From: Nanobdellota archaeon
GTDB taxonomy: Archaea; Nanobdellota; Nanobdellia; SCGC-AAA011-G17; GW2011-AR17
Direction: 5' to 3'
NCBI GenBank assembly: GCA_018830945.1
Contig: JAHJRD010000093.1
Location: 14,495 to 78,494, forward strand
Length of the DNA stretch: 64,000 nt
Part shown: positions 17,176 to 26,565 of the stretch, piece after piece
How the letters are laid out: each line of letters begins with the position of its first letter
Numbering within the stretch: the first letter of the stretch is position 1
The notes under the pieces: generated by a model
The model's input: the letters and a program-made list of their open reading frames with translations, nothing else
The model's database searches: none
Told to the model about the DNA's origin: nothing
Translations under genes and position numbers: made by a program

Positions 17176-17958
17176 TTACATCAGCCAAAGCTCATACACA
17201 AACATTGCAATCTCAACAGCAATAAGAATAATAATTATCCACTCAAGCATTGCGTCCCTTCTGCCGCGCAGCACTTCAAGCATTAGCTCTGAATTGTTCT
17301 GGACAAAGCCCAGCTTGTATTGAACGTGCTTGAAGCGTTCCTCAATCTCAAACATGTAATGGAGCCTGTTGAAAAGCCATTCCATCTCCTCGCTCTCCCA
17401 GGCAGAAGCCGGCTCCTCAAGCAGGGAAAGCTTTGATACAATAACCTCTATGATAGCGTTGTTGCTGCCGACTACTTTCAATATCTGCTTGTCCCTTGCA
17501 GAAAGCTTGCCTTTTTCGCTCAGCTGCCTGTTCAGCGGCGAAAACTGGGTAACCATTGAATCAACCTGATTTTCATAAAACTCAAGAGCAACAGACTGCG
17601 CAAGCACAAGCGCTACAAGACTTATGTGCTCAATGTCAGATGATTTCATCCTTATCAGGTTAAACTCAATAGAATTCTTAACATGGTCTATAACTTTATA
17701 CTCATCCCATATCTTTTCCTTTAATATCTCAACCTTTAATCCGCGCAGGTTCTTTATAGTGGCGCTTACCATAAGATCTTCAACATCATAAAACACAAGA
17801 GCGCCGAATGAATAAACAAAAACATATTTCTTGGGCGCAATCTCAAAAACAGCCCTGTCTCTTTTTTCAGAAACAAGCTTGTATTTCAAAACATCTTTTA
17901 TTTTAACTATTGGAAGTTCTTTAGCCAGAAATACTGCTTTAAACAAATGCTCTGCCAT
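17176..17958 (-). CDS. DUF155/RMD1-family protein with C-terminal TM helix
   Basis: YVFVYSFGALVFYDVED resembles the DUF155 core. C-terminal TM helix (IIIILIAVEIAMFVYELWL). Confidence 0.45.
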   Translation of the reverse strand: MAEHLFKAVFLAKELPIVKIKDVLKYKLVSEKRDRAVFEIAPKKYVFVYSFGALVFYDVEDLMVSATIKNLRGLKVEILKEKIWDEYKVIDHVKNSIEFNLIRMKSSDIEHISLVALVLAQSVALEFYENQVDSMVTQFSPLNRQLSEKGKLSARDKQILKVVGSNNAIIEVIVSKLSLLEEPASAWESEEMEWLFNRLHYMFEIEERFKHVQYKLGFVQNNSELMLEVLRGRRDAMLEWIIIILIAVEIAMFVYELWLM

Positions 17959-18100
17959 ATTCTCACTTCGTTCGATATGGCACTTCACTATCCGCTCGTG
18001 CCATATTATTCATATGCTTGGAGGGTATATAAGGGTTTTGAGTGCTTTTTAAATGACTGCTTAATAATCTATTTAAACCTTAATTTAATCACTTTAACGC

Positions 18101-19351
18101 ATGGCATACAAAGTAAAAGACATTTCTTTAAAAGACGCGGGCAAAAAGAAGATTGAATGGGCAGAGGCGCACATGCCTGTGCTTATAGCTTTGAAAGAAG
18201 AATATGAAAAAGAGCAGCCTTTGAAAGGCTTGAAGATAGCAGGCGCAATACATGTTACAAAAGAAGTGGCTGTTCTTTTGAGGACATTAACAGCATTAGG
18301 CGCTTCTGTTGCATGGGCTGGCTGCAATCCATTAAGCACCCAAGATGATGTTGCTGCTGCATTGGCTGACGAAGGCATTGAAGTTTATGCATGGAGAAAC
18401 AATCATGATGAATACTACTGGTGCATTGACCAGATTATTGCAACAAAGCCTAACTTGACAATGGATGACGGCGGAGATGTTGTTTTCAGATTGCACACTG
18501 ATTTTCCCCAGATGATGACAGATGTAATTGGAGGCACTGAAGAGACAACTACAGGCGTGCATAGATTGAAAGCAATGGCAAAAGACGGAAAATTAAAATA
18601 TCCAATAATTGCAGTTAACAATGCAGAGACAAAGTGGGACTTTGACAATATTTATGGAACAGGCCAGGGAACAATTGACGGCATTTTAAGAAGCACTTCT
18701 GTGTTATTGGCTGGAAAAAATTTTGTTATTGCCGGCTATGGCCACTGCGGCAAGGGGCTTGCAATGCGGGCAAAAGGAATGGGCTCGCATGTAATCGTGA
18801 CCGAGGTTGACCCTATACAGGCATTGAAGGCAAGGATGGAAGGATTTGATGTGATGCAGATGGATGAGGCAGTCAAGATTGGCGATATTTTTGTGACTGC
18901 AACAGGCTGCAAGGATGTTATTGTTGAAAAGCATTTCAAGCATTTAAAAGAAGGGGCTGTATTATCAAACACAGGGCACTTCAATGTTGAGGTTGATGTG
19001 AAAGCGCTTGAAAAGCATGCAAAGTCAAAAGAGGAAATAAGGGATAACTGCATGAAATATGTTTTGCCAAATGGCAAGAATGTTTACCTGCTTGCAGAGG
19101 GAAGGCTGGTTAATTTGTCAGCTGCAGAAGGCCACCCCAGCGAGGTTATGGACTTGAGCTTTGCAAACCAGGTATTGGCTTTATTGCAGATAGTGAAATT
19201 CCATAAGGACATGAAGCCTGAAGTGTATGAGATTCCTGCTGAGCAGGACCAGAGGATTGCAATGCTGAAATTAAAGTCAATGGATGTTAATCTTGATTCT
19301 TTGACAGAAGAGCAGAAAAAGTACCTTGGCTCTTATGCAGAAGGGACTTAA
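18101..19351 (+). CDS. ahcY: S-adenosyl-L-homocysteine hydrolase
   Basis: Full-length match to AdoHcyase hallmarks: HMPVL, GxGxxG NAD site (IAGYGHCGKG), and the C-terminal ...YLGSYAEGT. Confidence 0.9.
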   Translation: MAYKVKDISLKDAGKKKIEWAEAHMPVLIALKEEYEKEQPLKGLKIAGAIHVTKEVAVLLRTLTALGASVAWAGCNPLSTQDDVAAALADEGIEVYAWRNNHDEYYWCIDQIIATKPNLTMDDGGDVVFRLHTDFPQMMTDVIGGTEETTTGVHRLKAMAKDGKLKYPIIAVNNAETKWDFDNIYGTGQGTIDGILRSTSVLLAGKNFVIAGYGHCGKGLAMRAKGMGSHVIVTEVDPIQALKARMEGFDVMQMDEAVKIGDIFVTATGCKDVIVEKHFKHLKEGAVLSNTGHFNVEVDVKALEKHAKSKEEIRDNCMKYVLPNGKNVYLLAEGRLVNLSAAEGHPSEVMDLSFANQVLALLQIVKFHKDMKPEVYEIPAEQDQRIAMLKLKSMDVNLDSLTEEQKKYLGSYAEGT

Positions 19352-19359
19352 GAAGAGCA

Positions 19360-19881
19360 TTAACTTTCTGTGTATATCTCTTCTTTTGTAATATCTATTG
19401 CCTCTTTGCATATTTCCAGCAATTTCTTAATCTTATCTTTTTCTTCTATCTCTTTTTTAACGCCATACTGGTAATCTTCCCTTAAGTCTATGACATTATG
19501 CTCATGAATTTCCTTAAATTCCTCCTGATGCTGCAATGCCATAATGAACTTATTGCCCATTTTAACTTTCCCCTGCGCTTTCAGGTAAAGAATAGCAGAA
19601 ATAGTGCATTCCTGGTTCCTGCTTTCATAGCCTTGCTTGGCTAAAATAGCAAGGAAGCAATGGTAGATTGTATAAAATGCCGCGCTTGCAGACCAGTCGC
19701 TGAAGCCGCCTTTATGAAAATAAGAAATTGCCTTAAAATTATGCTCTGCTTTTCCCAAATGTGAAACTGCCAGTTCCAAATCAGGCTTAATCTCCACAAG
19801 ACCGCGGTGCTTTTTGCCTTCTGCTATTTCTTTCTTTGCCTTGTTTAAGCACCATCTTACATGATTATACGCCTGCGGCAT
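19360..19881 (-). CDS. HEPN domain protein
   Basis: Shares the YHCFLAILAKQGYESRNQ block with HEPN 41352..41831. Overlaps the upstream NTase by 17 nt. Confidence 0.6.
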   Translation of the reverse strand: MPQAYNHVRWCLNKAKKEIAEGKKHRGLVEIKPDLELAVSHLGKAEHNFKAISYFHKGGFSDWSASAAFYTIYHCFLAILAKQGYESRNQECTISAILYLKAQGKVKMGNKFIMALQHQEEFKEIHEHNVIDLREDYQYGVKKEIEEKDKIKKLLEICKEAIDITKEEIYTES

Positions 19882-20524
19882 CTGCTATTGCCTCCACTGC
19901 CTTATTTTGCCCTTTTAATACAATGCCTGTTTTAAGCGCATCAAATACAATCTTGTCCCTGGAAGCAAGATTTTCCTTTAAATCTTTCAAAGTCTGGAAT
20001 ACAGGGTGTACCATCTTAGGCAGTATTTCATTCTTTTGTTCTATCTTCTTCTTCAAAGAGCCATATTGCTCCTTGCTGACAACTATAAGCAAATCAATGT
20101 CATTATAAGGCTTATCTTTTTTAAGAGCTGAGCCGAACAGGATTATTATGTCTGCTTCATTGAACCCTTTAAATTCTTCAACCCACCGCTTATGCTTCAT
20201 TTCCGCCTCTTCCAGCAAAAGAAGCTCTATATTCTTTCGGGTTAGCGTATTGAAGTCGACCCTGAACAGTATAGCCCTGCCAAAAGCAGTTGCAGTTACA
20301 AAATGCTGCTTCTCAAGATTCTTCAATGATTTTAATGCTCCCCTTGGAGTCATGCCTACAAGCTTGCTTATCATCCTCGCATTATACCTGCTGCTGAAAT
20401 CCTTGAAAAGCAGTAGCAGTATGTTCTTTTCTTTTTCTGTTAATGCCATGGGAACCACTAGTTCATATATAGGAACTAATAGTTCTATATAAGCTTTGTG
20501 GTAGAGCAAAGGTCCATTTTGCAT
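19865..20524 (-). CDS. wHTH-fused nucleotidyltransferase (MNT)
   Basis: GSALKKDKPYNDIDL motif. Confidence 0.65.
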   Translation of the reverse strand: MQNGPLLYHKAYIELLVPIYELVVPMALTEKEKNILLLLFKDFSSRYNARMISKLVGMTPRGALKSLKNLEKQHFVTATAFGRAILFRVDFNTLTRKNIELLLLEEAEMKHKRWVEEFKGFNEADIIILFGSALKKDKPYNDIDLLIVVSKEQYGSLKKKIEQKNEILPKMVHPVFQTLKDLKENLASRDKIVFDALKTGIVLKGQNKAVEAIADAAGV

Positions 20525-20554
20525 TCCTTCTTGTCCTTAAGCCAAAGCCGCCAG

Positions 20555-21145
20555 TCAGGCTTCCTCATGCTCCATCTGCCTCCACCATTCTATCCCTGTT
20601 AGAATTATCTTTCCCTTCTTAAGGTTTTTGTAAAACTCTTTGGTAGAGTTGTGAAATGATTCCTTAAATGAAGCATAATCAAGGTAAACAGGGCTTATTT
20701 TTGTGATTGTTCTCATGCTAATCCTATTGGCTGTGTTTTCTATGCCCTTTGCATTTTCTATTTTTTGAAATACAAGCAGTATGTCAATATCCGAATCTTT
20801 TGTATAATCTCCCCTTGCATACGAGCCAAAAATCACTGCTATAACTGGCTTTTCCTCCAATTCCCGCAAAAAATCAATTATCGCTATCCTTGCTTTTGCA
20901 GGAAGCCCCTCAAGCCTTGAATATTCCACTGCATAAAGCATAGGCGTAAGGGCTTCTTTTGAATAATCTATAAAATATCTTATCTGATTGCCTGCTTTCT
21001 GCATTTTTAGCAGCTTGCTTATTTTTTTCAGGGCATAATCAACAGAGGGCATGCTTATCTTAAGCTGCTTGGACAGTTCCCTCTTGTGAATGCCTGGGTT
21101 CCTGTAAACCTGCTTCAATATCCTTATTTCTGTATTGTCATACAT
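20555..21145 (-). CDS. wHTH-fused nucleotidyltransferase (MNT), no HEPN partner
   Basis: GSYARGDYTKDSDIDI motif. Confidence 0.65.
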   Translation of the reverse strand: MYDNTEIRILKQVYRNPGIHKRELSKQLKISMPSVDYALKKISKLLKMQKAGNQIRYFIDYSKEALTPMLYAVEYSRLEGLPAKARIAIIDFLRELEEKPVIAVIFGSYARGDYTKDSDIDILLVFQKIENAKGIENTANRISMRTITKISPVYLDYASFKESFHNSTKEFYKNLKKGKIILTGIEWWRQMEHEEA

Positions 21146-21210
21146 TATATTTCAATTGGTATATAGTCTATTACAATTAGTATTTAAGCTTTTCTGTTGT
21201 TCAGGATAAT

Positions 21211-21250
21211 GCAGATGAAGTGCCTTGGCTCATATGCAGAAGGCACTTAA
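21211..21250 (+). repeat. displaced duplicate of ahcY 3' end
   Basis: CAGATGAAGTGCCTTGGCTCATATGCAGAAGGCACTTAA compared with CAGAAAAAGTACCTTGGCTCTTATGCAGAAGGGACTTAA at the ahcY terminus. It encodes ..LGSYAEGT* identically. Confidence 0.6.
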
Positions 21251-21322
21251 TCTGTAACCACCATTTAATAGAAACATTTATATAGGCAGGCATTACTGGA
21301 AAAGTAAGTATAGGGGGAAATT

Positions 21323-22339
21323 ATGTTAGATAAAGCAATTGAGATGGAAGAAGATTTTGAAGGTTTCTTTAAAGAGATAAAACCAAGAAAAAAGCCATGG
21401 TTTGGAAAAGGGCTTGCTGCGCTCGCTGCAGCTGCTTCATTGACAATGGCAGTGCCTGAAGAAGCCCGGGCTTACCATGATGACAGGATAGGCACATTGG
21501 TTGAAGTCGAAGAAGGAGAATATACCCAGATAAGAGATCCAAACCCTAATATTTTTCCTGACGAATACATGTTTATAACACTTGCAGGCACATTGATTCT
21601 TGACGGCCCTGTAAAATGCGGATTAGGCGCATTAATACTTGACACTGACTTTGAGGAATGCATAGGCCCTGCGTTATTGGGCGGGCTTTTGGATTTTACA
21701 GGCATGGCAATCGCAAGATATGATTATCCTTTTATGGGCGGCTTGGGAAAATTAACACATGACTGGGGTGTTTCAATATCAAACAATGTAATGATTGGAA
21801 TTCCAATGTTTGACAGGTTCCAGACAGATTTTGGCCCAGTGCTTTTCAGCATTGAGCACATGACAACAGACCCTGAACTGAATGTCTATGTCCAGCCAGG
21901 GGGCATTGCAGGAATTCTTGCAAATTTTGCATTAGGCAATAGGTTTGAGGTGCTTGAAACACTTTACAATCTTACTCCAACATTTACATTTCCAAACCAG
22001 AATGCATTCTTGTTTGGTTCTCGTGTAAGAGGCTTTACTCTTGGCAGCGTTATTGCATATGGAAGAGGAGAAGATACAGACGGGCTTTATTATGTGCCGC
22101 AAACAAGAGCACATGAATTAAACCATGCATTAATGTACCAGAGCATTGGAAGAATGGTTGATGACTTATTGTACCCTGAGGTTCTTATGGAAGCAGGGTT
22201 CAGCCTTGGGCCTGACCTTGCAATGATTTTGCTGCAGGCAGCTCCAACCTTAATGTATGCAATAGACAGCAGCACAACAGACATCCACAGGTATTTCCCA
22301 TTGGAGTTTGCAGCATACTCAATGGAGCAAGACCCTTAG
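21323..22339 (+). CDS. secreted/anchored HExxH (HELNH) putative zinc metallopeptidase, paralog 1
   Basis: N-terminal hydrophobic segment, HELNHAL motif, and long blocks shared with the next gene (LDRFQTDFGPVLFSIEHMTT). Confidence 0.5.
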   Translation: MLDKAIEMEEDFEGFFKEIKPRKKPWFGKGLAALAAAASLTMAVPEEARAYHDDRIGTLVEVEEGEYTQIRDPNPNIFPDEYMFITLAGTLILDGPVKCGLGALILDTDFEECIGPALLGGLLDFTGMAIARYDYPFMGGLGKLTHDWGVSISNNVMIGIPMFDRFQTDFGPVLFSIEHMTTDPELNVYVQPGGIAGILANFALGNRFEVLETLYNLTPTFTFPNQNAFLFGSRVRGFTLGSVIAYGRGEDTDGLYYVPQTRAHELNHALMYQSIGRMVDDLLYPEVLMEAGFSLGPDLAMILLQAAPTLMYAIDSSTTDIHRYFPLEFAAYSMEQDP

Positions 22340-22374
22340 GGAAAGCTATATTAATGTGTAGATAAAAAAGGCGA

Positions 22375-23274
22375 TTGATGAAATCAATAGCAGCGCTTGC
22401 AGCAGCAGCTTCTTTAGGCATTGCTTCTTATGCAGATGAAGCAAAAGCAGACTGGTATGACGAGCAGGTTGCTGAGCAGATGTCTGAAAATGTATACCCT
22501 GATGAATACCGCTTAATAACATTGGCAAGCACACTTGTAATGGACGGGTCTTTGAAATGCGGATTAGGCGCATGGATTAACGGCACTGATTTTGAAGAAT
22601 GCATAGGGCCTGCTCTTTTCGGCGGGCTTGTTGATTACATGGGCATGGAAATAGCGCGATATAATGATACTCCTTTTGTAGGAGCCGCTGGCAAGCTTGT
22701 TCATGACTTGGGTGTTTCAATGTCAGACAACGCAGCCCTCGGCATTCCTGCCTTAGACAGGTTTCAGACTGATTTCGGGCCAGTGCTTTTCAGCATTGAG
22801 CATATGACAACTAATCCAACATTTAACATGTATTTCCAGATAATGCCTGCTGTAGGCATAATAACAAACTTTGCAGAAGGAAACCGCTTTGAGTTTTTAG
22901 AAAGCATTTCAAACCTTACTCCTGTATTTTCATTTGAAAATGCAACAAGGGAGCATTTTGGAACAAGGTATGTAGGCTATACAATGGGAAATGTGATGGC
23001 TTATGGAAGAGGGGAAAATGTTGAGGGGTATGAACCAGGAGTTGTACGCTCGCATGAATTCAACCATACTTTAGCCTATGGCAATTTCAGGTTTATCAAT
23101 GACTTATTGCCTTCCTATCCAATGGAAAGATTGCATTTAAGCTTTGGGCCTGACTTGGCAACGCTGGTTCTTGCGCTGCCTTCAAATATCTGCTTCTGGG
23201 CAGAAGGCGACTGCTATGGCTTGTACATGTCAAACCCTCTTGAGTTCTTTGCATATAGTATGCAGAATGACTGA
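22375..23274 (+). CDS. secreted HExxH (HEFNH) putative zinc metallopeptidase, paralog 2
   Basis: Signal peptide AALAAAASLGIASYA, HEFNHTL motif, tandem paralog of 21323..22339. Confidence 0.5.
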   Translation: MMKSIAALAAAASLGIASYADEAKADWYDEQVAEQMSENVYPDEYRLITLASTLVMDGSLKCGLGAWINGTDFEECIGPALFGGLVDYMGMEIARYNDTPFVGAAGKLVHDLGVSMSDNAALGIPALDRFQTDFGPVLFSIEHMTTNPTFNMYFQIMPAVGIITNFAEGNRFEFLESISNLTPVFSFENATREHFGTRYVGYTMGNVMAYGRGENVEGYEPGVVRSHEFNHTLAYGNFRFINDLLPSYPMERLHLSFGPDLATLVLALPSNICFWAEGDCYGLYMSNPLEFFAYSMQND

Positions 23275-23286
23275 AAAAAGGCCCCT

Positions 23287-23916
23287 TTATATTCTTACCC
23301 CTAAGGTTTCTTTTCTGAGCTCTTCAATCTCCTTCTTCAAGCTTTCTTCATTCATTTGCTTCTTTCTTTGTCTCTTTTCCTTGGTGCAAGCATAATTGAT
23401 AAAGGGCAATATTCTGCTATACAAGGGATTGCTTGCAATAATACATAGCCCCCCAATCTGCAAAACCCCGTCTGCTTCTACAACAAGATTTAACCCCCCT
23501 ACCTGGAGCCCTGTTGCAGGTCCAGCAACATTAACAGCTCCTACCTGGAGTCCTTTAAAGTTCGTTGCGCCATTTATGAATCCTGCAATCTGCGCGCCGC
23601 ACATGCCATTTCCTGTAAAAGCTATATTCATAAAACCACTTAATTGCAAACCATATGCCTTATCATCCTCTGATATAGTGTCTAATCCATTACAAAATCC
23701 TGCAATCTGCGCTCCGTAAAGAGTCCTCTCAGCCATATTGATAAAACCAGACTGCAGATTTACATTCGGAAGTTCATACCTATCAGAGTGAGGATCAGGA
23801 GATCTCGGCCGAGCATAAGTTACAGGAAACATCTTGACACGGCAGACCAGCTCTCTCCCGCATCTTCCAACTTTATTAAAGCAATCTTCAAGTGTTAATT
23901 TTTCTTCTTTCTGCAT
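23287..23916 (-). CDS. Gly-rich repeat protein (GAQIAGFxNG / GLQVGG repeats)
   Basis: Internal repeats GAQIAGFCNG...GAQIAGFING, GLQVGAVNVAG, GLQVGGLNL. Shared leader motif upstream. Confidence 0.4.
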   Translation of the reverse strand: MQKEEKLTLEDCFNKVGRCGRELVCRVKMFPVTYARPRSPDPHSDRYELPNVNLQSGFINMAERTLYGAQIAGFCNGLDTISEDDKAYGLQLSGFMNIAFTGNGMCGAQIAGFINGATNFKGLQVGAVNVAGPATGLQVGGLNLVVEADGVLQIGGLCIIASNPLYSRILPFINYACTKEKRQRKKQMNEESLKKEIEELRKETLGVRI

Positions 23917-24049
23917 TTTTACCCCCTGCGCTTTAAGCCCGCTCGGCTTGTTACTATGATATAGAAGATACCAGCTATATTAAACTAATCTTTATATTTT
24001 TAATGAAAACCGATATATTTATATATAAAGTAAGGTATATATTAAAAAC

Positions 24050-25021
24050 ATGGAAAAGCTGGACAAAAAAGACAAACTAATCCTCTATGAGCTTGACAGG
24101 AACGCAAGGCAGCCGCTGTCAGCAATAGCAAAGAAAGCAAATCTCTCAAGGGAAAGCATCCTTTACAGGCTGAAAAGATATCTCTCAGCAGGCATCATAA
24201 GGAATTACCTCACTGTTGTTGACATGCCAAAACTAGGCTACAGCTATTATAAAGTATATGTCAAGCTGCATAACATAACTGAGAAAGAGGAAAAATCTTT
24301 TATCCAGTCGCTCTGCAAAAACTACTATATCTCATGGGTTGCAAGCTGCGACGGCGAGTATTCTTTGATTTTCGGAGCAAAGGCAAAAGACCTATTAGAG
24401 CTTAATTCAGTGCTTAAGGAAATAAGCGGCAAATACTGGAAGTTCATATTAAGGCAGGAAGTCTGCCCCATAATCTCAGCAAGGCACTTCTACAGGGATT
24501 ATCTCATAGGGGCAAAGGCGACAACAGAAAGAAAGATAATATGGGGTGGGAAACAGGAAACAGTGAAGCTTGACGAGAAGAACCTGTTGATACTTGATGC
24601 GCTGTGCGAGAATGCAAGGGCAAGCGCTGTTGAAATAAGCAGGAAAGTAAAGCTGTCTCCGGATTCTGTCCTGCAGCGGATAAAGCAGCTTGAGAAGTCA
24701 GGAATAATAGGGCATTACATGCTTTGGCCTGACGTTGCAAAGCTGAAAGGCATCTACTACAAGGTGCTTGTTTCATTGCATTCAGTTACAGAGGAGAAAG
24801 AAAAGGAGCTTGCCGCATACTGCCATGCAATCCCCAATATTGTTTACATGGTAAATACTTTAGAGCCCTGGCAGCTTGAGATGGACATTGAGGTTGAAAG
24901 CGTGGAAGAGTTCAGGAAGCTGATAAGGGAGTTCATGGCAAGGTTTGCGGATATTGTTTCTGATTACAAGCCCTTGAGCATCTACCGGGAATATAAGTTC
25001 AGGTTCTTTGAAAGGGTCTAA
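24050..25021 (+). CDS. tandem-duplicated Lrp/AsnC-family transcriptional regulator
   Basis: Two consecutive HTH+RAM-like modules (LDKKDKLILYELDRNARQPLSAIAKKANLSRESILYRLKRY... and LDEKNLLILDALCENARASAVEISRKVKLSPDSVLQRIKQLEKSG...). Confidence 0.7.
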   Translation: MEKLDKKDKLILYELDRNARQPLSAIAKKANLSRESILYRLKRYLSAGIIRNYLTVVDMPKLGYSYYKVYVKLHNITEKEEKSFIQSLCKNYYISWVASCDGEYSLIFGAKAKDLLELNSVLKEISGKYWKFILRQEVCPIISARHFYRDYLIGAKATTERKIIWGGKQETVKLDEKNLLILDALCENARASAVEISRKVKLSPDSVLQRIKQLEKSGIIGHYMLWPDVAKLKGIYYKVLVSLHSVTEEKEKELAAYCHAIPNIVYMVNTLEPWQLEMDIEVESVEEFRKLIREFMARFADIVSDYKPLSIYREYKFRFFERV

Positions 25022-25037
25022 AAAAGAAAAAAACCCT

Positions 25038-25421
25038 TTACTGCTCATACAGCACAAGATTCCGGTCCTTGTCGCACTGCAGCGTGTACTGTTTCCCGAG
25101 ATATCTTATTGTTAGCTTTTCCCTGTTCAGGTCATTGCACTTGTCTTCGAGAGCTTCTGCGCACTCCGCTTTTGCATCACTCTCTTTTGTCGTATTTTTA
25201 GGGGACATTTTCATTAAATTGTAGTCGAATAATGTATAGCTTACAACATGTGCACCGAGATAGCCCGGTGCGAGGGCGCCCCCTAACATCATAGAACCAC
25301 CCACTATAAGACCAATTATTTCTCCAACGCGTGTTTCCAGCAATGGATCGAACGGCCCTCCTGTCATAAAGCTTCCGCTCATTTTATTTACCCTCCTGTG
25401 GCTTAAAGCCCCACATCTCAT
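25038..25421 (-). CDS. hypothetical small protein (shared leader motif)
   Basis: ORF preceded by GGGGCTTTAAGCCACAGGAGGG. Gly-rich hydrophobic N-terminus. Confidence 0.35.
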   Translation of the reverse strand: MRCGALSHRRVNKMSGSFMTGGPFDPLLETRVGEIIGLIVGGSMMLGGALAPGYLGAHVVSYTLFDYNLMKMSPKNTTKESDAKAECAEALEDKCNDLNREKLTIRYLGKQYTLQCDKDRNLVLYEQ

Positions 25422-25674
25422 CAGCTCTTAAAGCCTCATTTACACTGCGTATTCCCTTCCGATACAGCCTTGCAGTAAGTTCGTCTGTTATGCTATACAG
25501 GTTTAATGCGTCACACCTGTCTCTTAGCTCCTCTGCCCTTGCACACTGTGGTTTATACGTACAATCCGGGCAATACCAAAGATATCCCGGAAGACCGGGC
25601 CCGCCGTTATTCATTCCAACTCCGGCAATTTCACATCTTTTTACCAATTTCTTTTCCAATGTTTTTGTTTCCAT
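25384..25674 (-). CDS. hypothetical Cys-containing small protein (shared leader motif)
   Basis: Start at METKTLEKK, preceded by GGGCTTTAAGCGCAGGGG. Contains CPDC...C...C. Confidence 0.35.
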   Translation of the reverse strand: METKTLEKKLVKRCEIAGVGMNNGGPGLPGYLWYCPDCTYKPQCARAEELRDRCDALNLYSITDELTARLYRKGIRSVNEALRADEMWGFKPQEGK

Positions 25675-25813
25675 TTTCAATACCCCTGCGCTTAAAGCCC
25701 GCACGGCTGTTTTGATATACTAGTAGTAACATAAAACCATTATATTAACATATATCCTCCCAAAAAGGACTATAAATAGAAACACTTAAATACCTGCTTT
25801 AACACTGCCTTTT

Positions 25814-26545
25814 ATGAACACTTCAATCCTTGAGGACCTGGGGCTTACGCAGGCTGAGATAAAGGTGTATATGTCGCTCCTTGAGCTTGGCGCAAGCACC
25901 GCAGGAAAAGTGCTGGAAAAGTCAGGCTTGCAGAACTCGGTTGTGCATCGCGCCTTGAACAGCCTCATAGAAAAAGGCTTGATTAGCTTTGTGCTTGAAG
26001 GCAAAAGAAAAGCTTACCATGCAGCAAACCCCGAAAACTTCCATGATTTCATTGAAAGCAAGAAAAAGCGGTTTGATGAAATATTGCCTGAGCTGAAAAA
26101 AAAGCAGATGCTTGCTAAAAAAGCAAATTTTGCAGAGGCTTTCAAGGGGAAAAGAGGCATAAGCCAAATGTACATGACATTGTTGAACTCAAAAGGAAAG
26201 GAGTACAACACCTTTGGCGGCGGCTCTGAAGTTACCTATGATGTTATGGGCGAAACATGGTGGAAAAACCTGCATGCAAAAAGGATTGCAATGAAAATCC
26301 CGTGCAGGCAGATATTTGACGAGACAATAAGGGGCTTTGGCAATGAGCTTAACAAGAAGCCGAAAACAAGCATCCGCTTCCTGCCAAAAGAATATGCCCA
26401 GCTGCAGGAAACAGTAATCACAGGCGATTATGTGGGCATAGCAATCTTCACCGGGAATCCCTACGGTGTATTAATAAAAGATAAGATTGTTGCTGACGGC
26501 TACAGAAAGCAGTTTGAAATTCTCTGGAAAAGGGCAAGGAAGTAG
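25814..26545 (+). CDS. TrmB-family transcriptional regulator
   Basis: N-terminal TrmB-type HTH (LGLTQAEIKVYMSLLELGASTAGKVLEKSGLQNSVVHRALNSLIEKGLIS). Confidence 0.65.
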   Translation: MNTSILEDLGLTQAEIKVYMSLLELGASTAGKVLEKSGLQNSVVHRALNSLIEKGLISFVLEGKRKAYHAANPENFHDFIESKKKRFDEILPELKKKQMLAKKANFAEAFKGKRGISQMYMTLLNSKGKEYNTFGGGSEVTYDVMGETWWKNLHAKRIAMKIPCRQIFDETIRGFGNELNKKPKTSIRFLPKEYAQLQETVITGDYVGIAIFTGNPYGVLIKDKIVADGYRKQFEILWKRARK

Positions 26546-26565
26546 CCGCTGAATCCGCTCTTTTA

